DNA of 32,000 nucleotides from Mojavia pulchra JT2-VF2 (GTDB lineage: Bacteria > Cyanobacteriota > Cyanobacteriia > Cyanobacteriales > Nostocaceae): the NCBI GenBank assembly GCA_019359325.1, contig JAHHHN010000004.1, forward strand, positions 266,026 to 298,025. The letters run 5' to 3'. Position 1 is the stretch's first letter, and the number at the start of each line of letters is the position of its first letter. Shown in pieces: positions 16,858-25,243 of the stretch. The notes below the pieces were generated by a model. It was given only the letters and a program-made list of their open reading frames with translations, ran no database searches and was not told the origin of the DNA. Position numbers and translations under genes: made by a program.

Positions 16858-19179
16858 TCACGCTGCCCAATCTTTACACAGTAGTTCTGCTTGTTGCAGC
16901 ACTGTCACCATCGCTTTCTCTTGCTTTTCTGGTGGATAGCCATATTTCCGCAGTAGGCGTTTGACTAAACGCCGGAGATTTGCTTTGACGCTTTCTTTCT
17001 GTGTCCAGTCGATGGTAACGTTGCGGCGAACTGTCTCTACAAGGTCACGAGCGATCGCCTTGAGGGTATCATCGCCTAATGCTTGGACTGAGGTATCAGT
17101 TAAATCCAAGGCATCATAAAAAGCTAGTTCATCTTCTGATAACCCCAGGTTTTCGCCTCGCTTTGTCGCTTCCCGAATTTCCTTTGCTAGTTCGATTAAT
17201 TCGCTCATCACCTGGGCAGTTTCGATGGCGCGGTTCTGGTATCTTTTAATTGTCTGTTCTAGCATTTCGGCAAAGGAACGGGATTGTACCAAGTTCCTGT
17301 GCGATCGCGTTTTGATTTCGTCGTTGATTAATTTGTGCAGCAGTTCTAATGCTAGGTGGCGTTGGGGTAGTTGGCGGACATCTGCTAAAAATTCATCCGA
17401 GAGGATGGAAATATCAGGATTTTTTACCCCAGCAGCAGCGAAAATATCTACTACCTCATCACTCGCAACGGCGTTCGAGACAATTTGGCGAATTGCAGTA
17501 TCTAAATCTTCAGGACTTTTACCGCCAGTGGTGGTGTGCTTAACAAAAGCAGCACGAATAGCTTGGAATAAACCGACTTCATCCCGAATTGCGATCGCAT
17601 CATCACTGGAACTGCACAAAGCAAATGCTTTGGCTAATTCGTTCACTGCTTGGATAAACTCTTGTTGTCCATCCTCCAGTTCGAGAATATGATCCATTGC
17701 TGCGGGAATGATGGAGACACGCTGGGTTGGAGTACCTGTAAAGAACAGCGAATAATCGAACCCGTCTAACATTGCTGTGACGTTTTCGTATTTCTCTAGC
17801 ATAAGTGCGATCGCTTGTTCTTGAGGAATGCCTGTTTGACCTTGACTGTCAGCAGTATAATCTCTCAGTGCTGCTCGGAGTTGGTCAGCAATGCCCAAGT
17901 AGTCCACAACTAAACCGCCTGGTTTGTCTTTGAAGACGCGGTTAACTCTGGCTATGGCTTGCATTAACCCATGACCACGCATTGGTTTATCTATGTAGAT
18001 GCTATGCAAGCATGGCGCATCAAATCCTGTTAGCCACATATCCCGCACAATTACCAATTTCATGGGGTCATGTTCATTTTTAAATCGCTTTGCTAGTGCT
18101 TTACGTCTGGATTTATTGCGGATATGGGGTTGGAATTCTAGAGGATCTGCTGCGGAACCAGTCATCACGACTTTCAGAGTTGCTTTGTCGTCGTCGAGAT
18201 GATGCCAATCAGGGCGAATTTCGATGATTGCATCGTACAAATCGACGCAAATCTGACGACTCATGCAGACAATCATTGCCTTACCGTCGATAATTTCTTG
18301 GCGACGTTCAAAATGCTCTACTATGTCTTTGGCAACTAGGGCAATGCGTTTTTCTGCACCAACTAAAGCTGATAATCTTGCCCATTTAATTTTTAACTGT
18401 TCTCTGGTTGAATGTTCCTCACCTTCGGTGACTTCTTCAAATTCTGGATCAATGTGAGGACGTTCTGATTCTTCGAGTTCCAGTTTCGCCATGCGTCCTT
18501 CATAATAAATGCGAACTGTGGCTTCATCCTCAACTGCTCTTTGAATATCGTAAATATCAATATAGTCACCAAATATGGCTGGTGTATTAATATCAGTTGA
18601 TTCTATGGGAGTTCCTGTAAAGCCAATAAATGAAGCGTTAGGTAAAGCATCTCTTAAATGTTTGGCAAAACCGTAAGCAAGATACGTGTCACTTTCATCT
18701 TGATTTGTGACTACACGCGCTTCTAAACCGTATTGGCTACGGTGTGCTTCATCTGCAATGACAACGATGTTGCGACGGGGAGAAAGTTCGGGGTATTGTT
18801 GTCTTGGTTCTGGTGCGAATTTTTGAATTGTGGTAAAGACAACGCCACCAGATGACACTTGTAGAAGTTCGGTTAAATTTTCCCTATCTTGAGCTTGGAC
18901 TGGGTTCTGGCGCAACAAGTCAGAACAGTAAGCAAAAGTATTAAATAATTGGTCGTCTAAATCGTTGCGATCCGTAAGTGATTCTGGATTTGACAAAGCA
19001 TCTGCCCTTAATTCATCAAGGTCAGTAATTGACGCATATCTACCTTGAAAAAGGTTTTTTACGTTAATTATGGGTAAACCGACTCCAAACTGGGTTCTAT
19101 TAAAGTTAGCTCCATTTCTAAATTCTCCTAACTCTCCAAGAGGGCGAATATCCCAATCACGATAAAGTTTATTGGTCAT
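16858..19179 (-). pseudogene. hsdR: in-frame fusion of an hsdS 5' fragment to the C-terminal two-thirds of hsdR (type I restriction subunit lacking nuclease domain and helicase motif I)
   Basis: Residues 1 to about 66 look like the start of an HsdS target-recognition domain ([38 protein letters not shown]). From about [12 protein letters not shown] onwards the sequence is HsdR: TTIQKF, DEAH box [26 protein letters not shown] and the C-terminal helical domain. No Walker A and no PD-(D/E)xK region is present. The start overlaps the hsdM stop, as an hsdS gene would. Confidence 0.8.
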
Positions 19180-20731
19180 AAAACAACCCGCCCAAATTTT
19201 GTCGAATCAATGCTTCTAACTTCGCCGATGCCTCAAACTGCTGCTCTAACTTTTTAGTCAAATGCAACATCCTCTCCTCAAACCCCTCATCATCATCCTC
19301 AACTTCCTTCGCCCCTACATACCGCCCCGGCGTGAGAACATAACCATGTGAAACAATTTCTTCTAACTTGGCATTCTTACAAAAACCCGGAATATCTTCA
19401 TATTTACCCGCTTCTTTCTCACCACGCCAAGCATGGTAAGTTTGGGCAATGTATTTTATTTCCTCATCTGTCAGTTCCCGATGTACACGATCAATTAAAA
19501 CCCCCATCTTCCGCGCATCTATAAATAATGTTTCCCCAGTGCGATCGCGAAACTTGCCATTTTTCTTATTTCGTGCAAAAAACCACAAACAAGCGGGAAT
19601 CTGAGTGTTGTAAAATAACTGCCCTGGCAATGCCACCATACAATCGACCAAATCGGCATCAATAATAGCTTGGCGAATATCACCTTCCCCTGATTGGTTA
19701 GAACTCATCGAACCATTCGCCAACACAAAACCAGCAATACCATTTGGTGCTAAATGGTGAATCATTTGCTGTACCCAACCATAGTTAGCATTACCTACGG
19801 GTGGAGTGCCATACTGCCAACGGGCATCTTCTCGCAACCTTTCCCCACCCCAATCACTCATGTTAAACGGGGGATTTGCCAGAATAAAATCAGCTTTCAG
19901 GTCTTTGTGCAAGTCATTGTGAAAAGTATCAGCATTGCGATCGCCAATATTGCCGTCAATCCCGCGAATTGCCAAATTCATCTTGCACAGTTTCCAAGTT
20001 GTCGGGTTTGACTCTTGCCCATAAATGGAAATATCGCCAATCTTTCCTCCATGCGCTTCGACAAACTTCTCCGACTGCACGAACATTCCCCCAGAACCGC
20101 AACAAGGGTCATAAATTCGCCCTTTGTAAGGTTCAATCATTTCTACTAACAACTGCACCACACAACGCGGGGTATAAAATTGTCCGCCTCTCTTTCCTTC
20201 CGCAGTAGCGAACTGTCCCAGGAAATACTCGTAAACTCGCCCCAAAATATCTTTAGAACGGCTTGCTTCATCTCCTAAGCCAATTTTGCTAATTAGGTCA
20301 ATTAGTTCTCCCAGCAGTTGTTTATCTAAAGCTGGCTTATTGTAATCCTTGGGTAACACGCCTTTGAGCGATGGGTTCTCCTTCTCAATGGCATCCATCG
20401 CCTCATCTAACAGTTTGCCAATAGTGGATTGTTTGGCATTAGCTTGTAAATATGACCATCGCGCTTCCTTGGGAACCCAGAAAACATTTTCTGCCGTGTA
20501 CTCGTCGCGGTCTTCCGGGTCAGCATAGGGTTGCTTTGCCAGGATTTCGTAAAGTTCACCGAAGGCATCGGAAATATATTTAAGGAAAATCAACCCTAAG
20601 ACAACGTGCTTATACTCCGCTGCGTCCATGTGACCCCGCTGCTTATCCGCAGCTAACCACAGAGCTTGTTCAAAACCTAATGTCGCCCCATTGCCGTTAT
20701 TCTGTTCCGTTTTTTTCTGACCACGAGCCAC
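19169..20731 (-). CDS. hsdM: type I restriction-modification N6-adenine DNA methyltransferase subunit
   Basis: It has an HsdM N-terminal domain ([32 protein letters not shown]), GQFYTPR, motif [11 protein letters not shown] and motif IV NPPFN. Confidence 0.95.
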   Translation of the reverse strand: MARGQKKTEQNNGNGATLGFEQALWLAADKQRGHMDAAEYKHVVLGLIFLKYISDAFGELYEILAKQPYADPEDRDEYTAENVFWVPKEARWSYLQANAKQSTIGKLLDEAMDAIEKENPSLKGVLPKDYNKPALDKQLLGELIDLISKIGLGDEASRSKDILGRVYEYFLGQFATAEGKRGGQFYTPRCVVQLLVEMIEPYKGRIYDPCCGSGGMFVQSEKFVEAHGGKIGDISIYGQESNPTTWKLCKMNLAIRGIDGNIGDRNADTFHNDLHKDLKADFILANPPFNMSDWGGERLREDARWQYGTPPVGNANYGWVQQMIHHLAPNGIAGFVLANGSMSSNQSGEGDIRQAIIDADLVDCMVALPGQLFYNTQIPACLWFFARNKKNGKFRDRTGETLFIDARKMGVLIDRVHRELTDEEIKYIAQTYHAWRGEKEAGKYEDIPGFCKNAKLEEIVSHGYVLTPGRYVGAKEVEDDDEGFEERMLHLTKKLEQQFEASAKLEALIRQNLGGLFYDQ

Positions 20732-20745
20732 TAATAACTACTCCC

Positions 20746-21351
20746 TTAAGTAAAATCTCTTCTAATACGAGTTAATGCCTGGTTTAATCCCTCACTGTGA
20801 ATCCAACCGACAAACCCGCCGTAAATCATTCTGTCATTGCGATCGCCTAAAAAAGCATGGTCAACACCAACGGGGTTTTTCCAAGTTCTCACAACTGTCC
20901 CGTCTGTAAGCTTCATGAAGGGAATTGACCGCTGAAAATCTCTGTGGTTTGCAGGAGTCATACCAGGGACATTCTCCAAAATAGCCATTACCTCTTGAGT
21001 GACATTTTTGGTGTGAGTTTTTACCGTAGCTTTGAGCCTTTCTTTAAGGTTTCTGTCAAACAATAGCAAAAAATCAATTTCTTTAAACAGCTTGGTATGT
21101 GATTGAGTCTGCCGTCTCTGGCTATAAATACCTGTTAAGAAACCTTCCAGAATTACTTTTGCCAAAGCATTGCTAATCAAACCTATTAGTCCTAAGACAG
21201 CAATTCCACCCACCATCCCTGCTGGACCTCCCAGGAATGCTAAAGCTGCGGTGATAGCAGCGGCATCTTTTAAACCTGTAGTCGCCATTAATACCGCCAA
21301 GATAATACAAGGTAATCCGATAGCAGCAAGTTTTTTGACGACTTCATCCAT
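20746..21351 (-). CDS. uncharacterised membrane protein with an N-terminal glycine-zipper region and a soluble C-terminal domain
   Basis: This 201-aa ORF lies 14 nt upstream of hsdM on the same strand. The N-terminal ~75 aa are hydrophobic and Gly/Ala-rich (LAFLGGPAGMVGGIAVLGLIGLI). I do not recognise the C-terminal ~120 aa. Confidence 0.6.
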   Translation of the reverse strand: MDEVVKKLAAIGLPCIILAVLMATTGLKDAAAITAALAFLGGPAGMVGGIAVLGLIGLISNALAKVILEGFLTGIYSQRRQTQSHTKLFKEIDFLLLFDRNLKERLKATVKTHTKNVTQEVMAILENVPGMTPANHRDFQRSIPFMKLTDGTVVRTWKNPVGVDHAFLGDRNDRMIYGGFVGWIHSEGLNQALTRIRRDFT

Positions 21352-21540
21352 ACCCTTTCACCGCAAGACAAGATTCATATCAAGTCTTTTTTAACACATG
21401 TGAAAGTTAAAATTGCTGAAATTGCAGTAATCCTTTATGGCAGGAATCACAATATCGACTTTGCGATCGCATTTTTATCAACAGCAACGCAAAATTCAGG
21501 TTGTCTAAAGGAGACTCAATTTCACTCCAAATCCTTATAG

Positions 21541-21591
21541 TTTGTAAACTGTAGTAGCTCAAAATTTTATTATTTGTTTACTGCTGTAGCT
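21541..21591 (+). promoter_or_regulatory. pair of 19-bp direct repeats upstream of the XRE-type regulator (candidate operators)
   Basis: TTTGTAAACTGTAGTAGCT (21541..21559) and TTTGTTTACTGCTGTAGCT (21573..21591) match at 15/19 positions with starts 32 bp apart. They lie in the divergent promoter region between the membrane-protein/hsdM operon and the HTH gene. Confidence 0.45.
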
Positions 21592-21596
21592 ATTAT

Positions 21597-21890
21597 ATGA
21601 GCAATAAGGACGATAAAAAAACCAGAATGTATATTTATGTTGCAGATGTTGTAGCAGTTGCTTGGAACAAAGACAGAGGAATGCTTTTAAAGCGATTGCG
21701 GGGAAAAAAATCACGTCAAAAACTAGCTGATGAAATTGCAGCTAAGGGAGGGGAATGCTCCCATCAAAATCTCAAGAAACTAGAGTACGGTGAGTCCGAA
21801 AGTGTCTCAACCAAAGTATTAGAGGCTGTTTGTGCTGCATTAGATATTTCTTTAAGTGACTTTCTCAGTACTGTCGAAGTGACTAATTAG
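21597..21890 (+). CDS. XRE/Cro-CI-type helix-turn-helix transcriptional regulator
   Basis: LLKRLRGKKSRQKLADEIAAKGGECSHQNLKKLEYGESESVSTKVLEAVCAALDISLSDFL fits the HTH_3 pattern. The start is uncertain: ATG 21597, or ATG 21681 (preceded by GAGGA), which would give a typical 69-aa protein. Confidence 0.8.
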   Translation: MSNKDDKKTRMYIYVADVVAVAWNKDRGMLLKRLRGKKSRQKLADEIAAKGGECSHQNLKKLEYGESESVSTKVLEAVCAALDISLSDFLSTVEVTN

Positions 21891-21912
21891 AGTTTTGAAT
21901 ATTTTTTCTTGA

Positions 21913-21936
21913 TTTTAGATACTAAAGTATCTAAAA
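21913..21936. promoter_or_regulatory. perfect 11-bp palindrome with 2-nt spacer downstream of the HTH gene
   Basis: TTTTAGATACT AA AGTATCTAAAA. Both arms are exact reverse complements. It is AT-rich, so it looks more like a protein-binding site than a stable terminator. Confidence 0.5.
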
Positions 21937-21952
21937 TATTTAATGACATCAA

Positions 21953-21992
21953 AAAGGCGATCGTCCTCCGGCAAGAGTATGCGATCGCCTTT
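21953..21992. terminator. HIP1-containing hairpin, candidate bidirectional terminator
   Basis: AAAGGCGATCG (21953..21963) pairs perfectly with CGATCGCCTTT (21982..21992) around an 18-nt loop. A T-run follows on the minus-strand reading (TTTTTGATG). Confidence 0.4.
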
Positions 21993-22018
21993 TAAACCCC
22001 GTTAATGAGGTTACTTAA

Positions 22019-22321
22019 ATGATTGTACAAGAAGAGTTCGATGACGAAACCTCGGCTCAATCAGAGTTTGAGGAATACATTGACCAGCTTGCTGAAACAA
22101 TAGCGCCAGAAATTGAGATCGATTCAGTACCAGATGAACTCGGAGAACTGTATCGAGTGTGGAATAGCTATCATCTGCTGGGAACTTTTTATCAGAACCT
22201 TGAAGGCAAATGGGTCGCACAAGCCTGTAATAGAGATGAAAGACCTTGTTGCGACACCCCTGAATTAGCACAGCTTTTTATAATTGCTGTAAACGGGTTG
22301 CTAGTTGCAGATGTAGCGTAA
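22019..22321 (+). CDS. small, strongly acidic hypothetical protein (100 aa)
   Basis: GAGG lies 8 nt upstream of the ATG. The first 45 residues carry about 16 D/E and no K/R (MIVQEEFDDETSAQSEFEEYIDQLAETIAPEIEIDSVPDELGELY). A strong terminator follows. The antisense ORF 22011..22271 looks like a shadow. Confidence 0.6.
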   Translation: MIVQEEFDDETSAQSEFEEYIDQLAETIAPEIEIDSVPDELGELYRVWNSYHLLGTFYQNLEGKWVAQACNRDERPCCDTPELAQLFIIAVNGLLVADVA

Positions 22322-22360
22322 TACATAATTACTTTTTATACACCAATTTTCCATCACCTA

Positions 22361-22391
22361 GAGACGTGCATTTAAGCACGTCTCTTTTTTG
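22361..22391 (+). terminator. rho-independent terminator
   Basis: GAGACGTGC (22361..22369), a 6-nt loop ATTTAA, then GCACGTCTC (22376..22384) form a perfect 9-bp GC-rich stem followed by TTTTTTG. Confidence 0.85.
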
Positions 22392-22542
22392 TTTGAAGCT
22401 TTTTATAAATAGAACTATCTCCAATAATTAAATAAATATAAAATTGGATTTTTCATAGCTTGATTTAGCTTACTTTGTAGAAGGTAAATCTAAAATCCTT
22501 GATTTGACGTAATTTTACATTGTGGAATAACTATAATCCACC
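22392..22542 (+). other. non-coding AT-rich right end of the element
   Basis: There is no credible ORF and the stretch is visibly AT-rich (tttataaatagaactatctccaataattaaataaatataaaattgg...). It contains the right inverted repeat and a degenerate second copy TTGTAGAA at 22475..22482. Confidence 0.7.
22519..22529 (+). repeat. right subterminal inverted repeat ATTGTGGAATA
   Basis: It is the exact reverse complement of 8773..8783 and lies 13 nt inside the right junction. Confidence 0.75.
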
Positions 22543-23569
22543 CTGTCAAGGGTTTTCGCTTATTGGTAAAAGAGCTTTTGACGATCCGCGCAATTCTTTA
22601 GTATTTCACTTTCATCGATTAGTTTTGGAGCTACAACCGAAATTTTTTGTCATGGAAAATGTTCGGGGTATTACAGTCGGTGAACATAAACAAATACTTA
22701 AAACCTTAATTAACGAGTTTAAAATTAAAGGTTATCAGGTAGAAGAAAATTACCAAGTTCTTAACGCCGCTTATTATGGAGTACCACAGTCTCGTGAGAG
22801 ATTATTTCTCATTGGTGCTAGAGAAGATGTTAAATTACCGAAATACCCCCAGCCAATTACGCAACCCGCAAAGCCTAACGATTCTACACAGCAAAATTCC
22901 TTGGTTTTACCGTTCGGCCCCACAGTATGGGACGCAATTAAAGATATTCCCGAAGTAGAAAACTATTCAGAGTTATTAGTAAGAGATTGGGTAGTGGCAG
23001 AGTATGGCAAACCTAGTAACTATGCTCTGACACTTCGCGGCATCGCTACTTTAGAAAATGATTATTCCTACGAACGTGAATTTGATTCTCGAATTCTCTC
23101 TTCCAGTCTTCGCACAAAACACTCAACTGCAACTATTGAACGTTTTACTGCTACAGTTCCAGGAGAAAGAGAACCCATTAGTCGTTTTCATAAGCTGCAT
23201 CCTGGCGGTGTTTGTAACACCTTAAGAGCAGGAACAGACAAGTATAAAGGTTCTTTCACCTCTCCTAGACCGATTCATCCATTCACACCCCGATGTATCA
23301 CGGTAAGAGAAGCAGCACGCCTGCATTCTTACCCCGACTGGTTTAGATTTCATATGACAAAATGGCACGGTTTTCGGCAAGTGGGTAACTCTGTACCTCC
23401 ATTGCTAGCAAAGGCTGTAGCTACTGAAATTATTCGTCAATTAAATGTGTTACCTAGCAAGCCAAGCGTCCGATATAAATTGGGTTTGGAGAGCTTGCTT
23501 CAACTTAATATGTCGCAAGCAGCGCAACGTTACAGCATAATTATGAATTATGAATTACAACAGACTTAA
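22543..23569 (+). pseudogene. dcm: 3' fragment of the interrupted C5-cytosine DNA methyltransferase
   Basis: It continues motif IV (P)CQGFSLIGKRAFDDPRN, then MENV, QSRERLFLIG, TLRAGT, PRCITVREAARLHSYPDWFRF and GNSVPPLLAKAVA. The TTG at 22520 and the WNNYN residues in the ORF track are element DNA, not a real start. Confidence 0.9.
23539..23558 (+). repeat. second copy of the heptamer repeat at the 3' end of the methyltransferase gene
   Basis: AATTATGAATTATGAATTAC (23539..23558) matches AATTATGAATTACGAATTAC (8495..8514) at 19/20 positions. Confidence 0.85.
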
Positions 23570-23876
23570 TATTAAATTGCTATTAGTTTGCTCACAATCT
23601 ATAATTTTTACTCTTGAAGATGCTGGACAGATTGTCTTCTTTTTCTTTTTAGCTTTGCGCCTTGGCGTGAGACTAATTCATATTTCCACTCAGCAACGCC
23701 CTATTTGTCAGGCTATTGAGATTACTAATTGGGAAGCGATCGCAGATTTCTCTGATATAAACTCTGAAATTATTGCAGACATCCCCACACCCTATTTTTA
23801 TTGGCATTGCTTGTAATGTAGCAGCAATCCTTAAGCAGTTAAGGATATTTTCATGAAGGCAGAATAATTTTCAAAT

Positions 23877-23911
23877 AAACACCGATAAATAACCGATAAA
23901 TATCGGTGTTT
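23877..23911. terminator. hairpin between convergent genes, candidate bidirectional terminator
   Basis: AAACACCGATA (23877..23887) pairs perfectly with TATCGGTGTTT (23901..23911) around a 13-nt loop. It lies 20 nt beyond the stop of the minus-strand gene at 23932. Confidence 0.55.
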
Positions 23912-23931
23912 ATCTGTGGTTTGTTTTGTTA

Positions 23932-24954
23932 CTATTCAGATTTTTGCCACAATTCCAATGTCTGAACAGCTGCCTGCTGAAGTTCAGGATTGCCATTCTG
24001 CGCTAATTCTTGTAGAACTGTGACAAGTTTGCGATCGCCTGGGTAGATGAGTTGTCCAAGTTGTTTGACATATTGTAGTTGCTCGAAAGGTTGTGATTGC
24101 GGTAGTTTTTCCAGCAAATACGACCTATAGCATTCTAAAAAGTGGTTTTCAAAACCTAGCGCCTGCTTGCACAAGTGGTGTAACAACTGTCTATCACCCG
24201 TCGCTTTTGGTATCAAATAAGCCCATCGCCTACAGCAGTACTCGTAAATTTGCTCTACTAATTCTGTCCACTGGTCATTAATCCAAATGCGGTATTGTGT
24301 GGCACAATTGCGCTTCCAGCTTCCGGTTCCAATATACTTACCAGTTTTATGTAAAATTAGTGCGTCTGCTGGGGAAAGTACATTTATTACCAAATCTTTG
24401 ATTCCCTTCTGACTCGCCCCATCGCGCAAATGCATCAAGCGGCGGTCATAGCCATAAAACTCACCTACTGGGTCAGGATAGCCGAGAGGAAAGGTTAACT
24501 GGGGAGGATTACCGCGTAGCTGTGCAAACAAACGATACTGTCCAAACATTGAATCACGGATATGGCCTGCGACTGCCTTGAGAGGAACAGAGTCCCGAAT
24601 GTCTTCCCCATACATCAAAAGGCTAGCTGTTTGGAATTTCACCCCACCAACAGACAATAGTTGTGCTTCATCCACTGGGATGAGATCCAATGCAAACGGA
24701 CACTGCTGTTGACATTCTTGTTTATAAGATGTAAATCTTTGTTTTTCCTCTGGAGTTTGCTTATCCTTGAACACTATTACTATATCGATGTCACTGGTTG
24801 CTACTGCCTCGCCAACGGCATAACTACCAACGAGGTAATAGCCGCGAATTCTTTTAAAGAAATGGTAGTCGCCCAATTTAATAATTTCTGAAATTATTTG
24901 GTCAATTTTGGGAAAATTAGTTGAGTTAAGGAGAGCAATATTAGTCATATTCAT
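23932..24954 (-). CDS. nucleotidyltransferase-fold (Pol-beta superfamily) domain protein with a helical C-terminal region
   Basis: The N-terminal signature is LVGSYAVGEAVATSDIDIVIVF (G-S...D-x-D). The remaining ~250 aa are helical, with a HEAT-like end (LQELAQNGNPELQQAAVQTLELW). The substrate is unknown. Confidence 0.75.
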   Translation of the reverse strand: MNMTNIALLNSTNFPKIDQIISEIIKLGDYHFFKRIRGYYLVGSYAVGEAVATSDIDIVIVFKDKQTPEEKQRFTSYKQECQQQCPFALDLIPVDEAQLLSVGGVKFQTASLLMYGEDIRDSVPLKAVAGHIRDSMFGQYRLFAQLRGNPPQLTFPLGYPDPVGEFYGYDRRLMHLRDGASQKGIKDLVINVLSPADALILHKTGKYIGTGSWKRNCATQYRIWINDQWTELVEQIYEYCCRRWAYLIPKATGDRQLLHHLCKQALGFENHFLECYRSYLLEKLPQSQPFEQLQYVKQLGQLIYPGDRKLVTVLQELAQNGNPELQQAAVQTLELWQKSE

Positions 24955-25243
24955 GGTTGCGTAAAAATCTTCCCCCTTGGGATATATGTCAAAATAAATA
25001 GGTAATAAAACTAGGAAAATATTTACTGTGAAAAATATCTTTTAAGCAGCTATCTTAAGGACGATGCGAAAGCTATCATTGGCTAAGTAAGGCTGCAACA
25101 AGTGTGGCAACAGCCTTGTTTAATGGATAGAAGCATAAGGTTAATTGAACCCCAGGCAAAATACCGCTAATTATGAACTTAACAGTACCCTCCTAAGAAA
25201 GTTGGGGGTAGAAAAAATATAAAAATTTCTTAAGGATCAGGCA

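Larger units (their letters stand above)
8753..22542 (+). mobile_element. ~13.8-kb integrated element of the three-tyrosine-recombinase type (GInt / Tn554-like) inserted in the methyltransferase gene
   Basis: The element is flanked by the two halves of one gene. CACC is duplicated at both junctions (8749..8752 and 22539..22542). An 11-bp perfect inverted repeat lies near both ends. A recombinase operon sits at the left end and an AT-rich non-coding right end follows. Boundaries are good to within a few bp. Confidence 0.85.

Noticed and set aside
17225-20208. Several 64-155-aa plus-strand ORFs inside hsdR and hsdM (17225..17692, 17349..17543, 17999..18202, 18263..18457, 19754..20011, 19969..20208)
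   Set aside because: They are antisense to strongly motif-supported genes, and their composition is typical of shadow ORFs.
16858-20731. A functional type I restriction-modification system
   Set aside because: There is no intact hsdS, and the HsdR-like ORF lacks the nuclease domain and helicase motif I. Only hsdM appears intact.
22011-22271. 86-aa minus-strand ORF overlapping the acidic-protein gene
   Set aside because: It has L/R/Q-rich antisense-type composition and no RBS. The plus-strand ORF has a GAGG RBS and is followed by a strong plus-strand terminator.
23550-23816. 88-aa plus-strand ORF downstream of the methyltransferase (MNYNRLNIKLLL...)
   Set aside because: Its start lies inside the heptamer repeat and overlaps the MTase 3' end. 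The sequence is hydrophobic and low-complexity, and no RBS is present. I treat 23570..23931 as intergenic, though a small RNA or gene remnant cannot be excluded.
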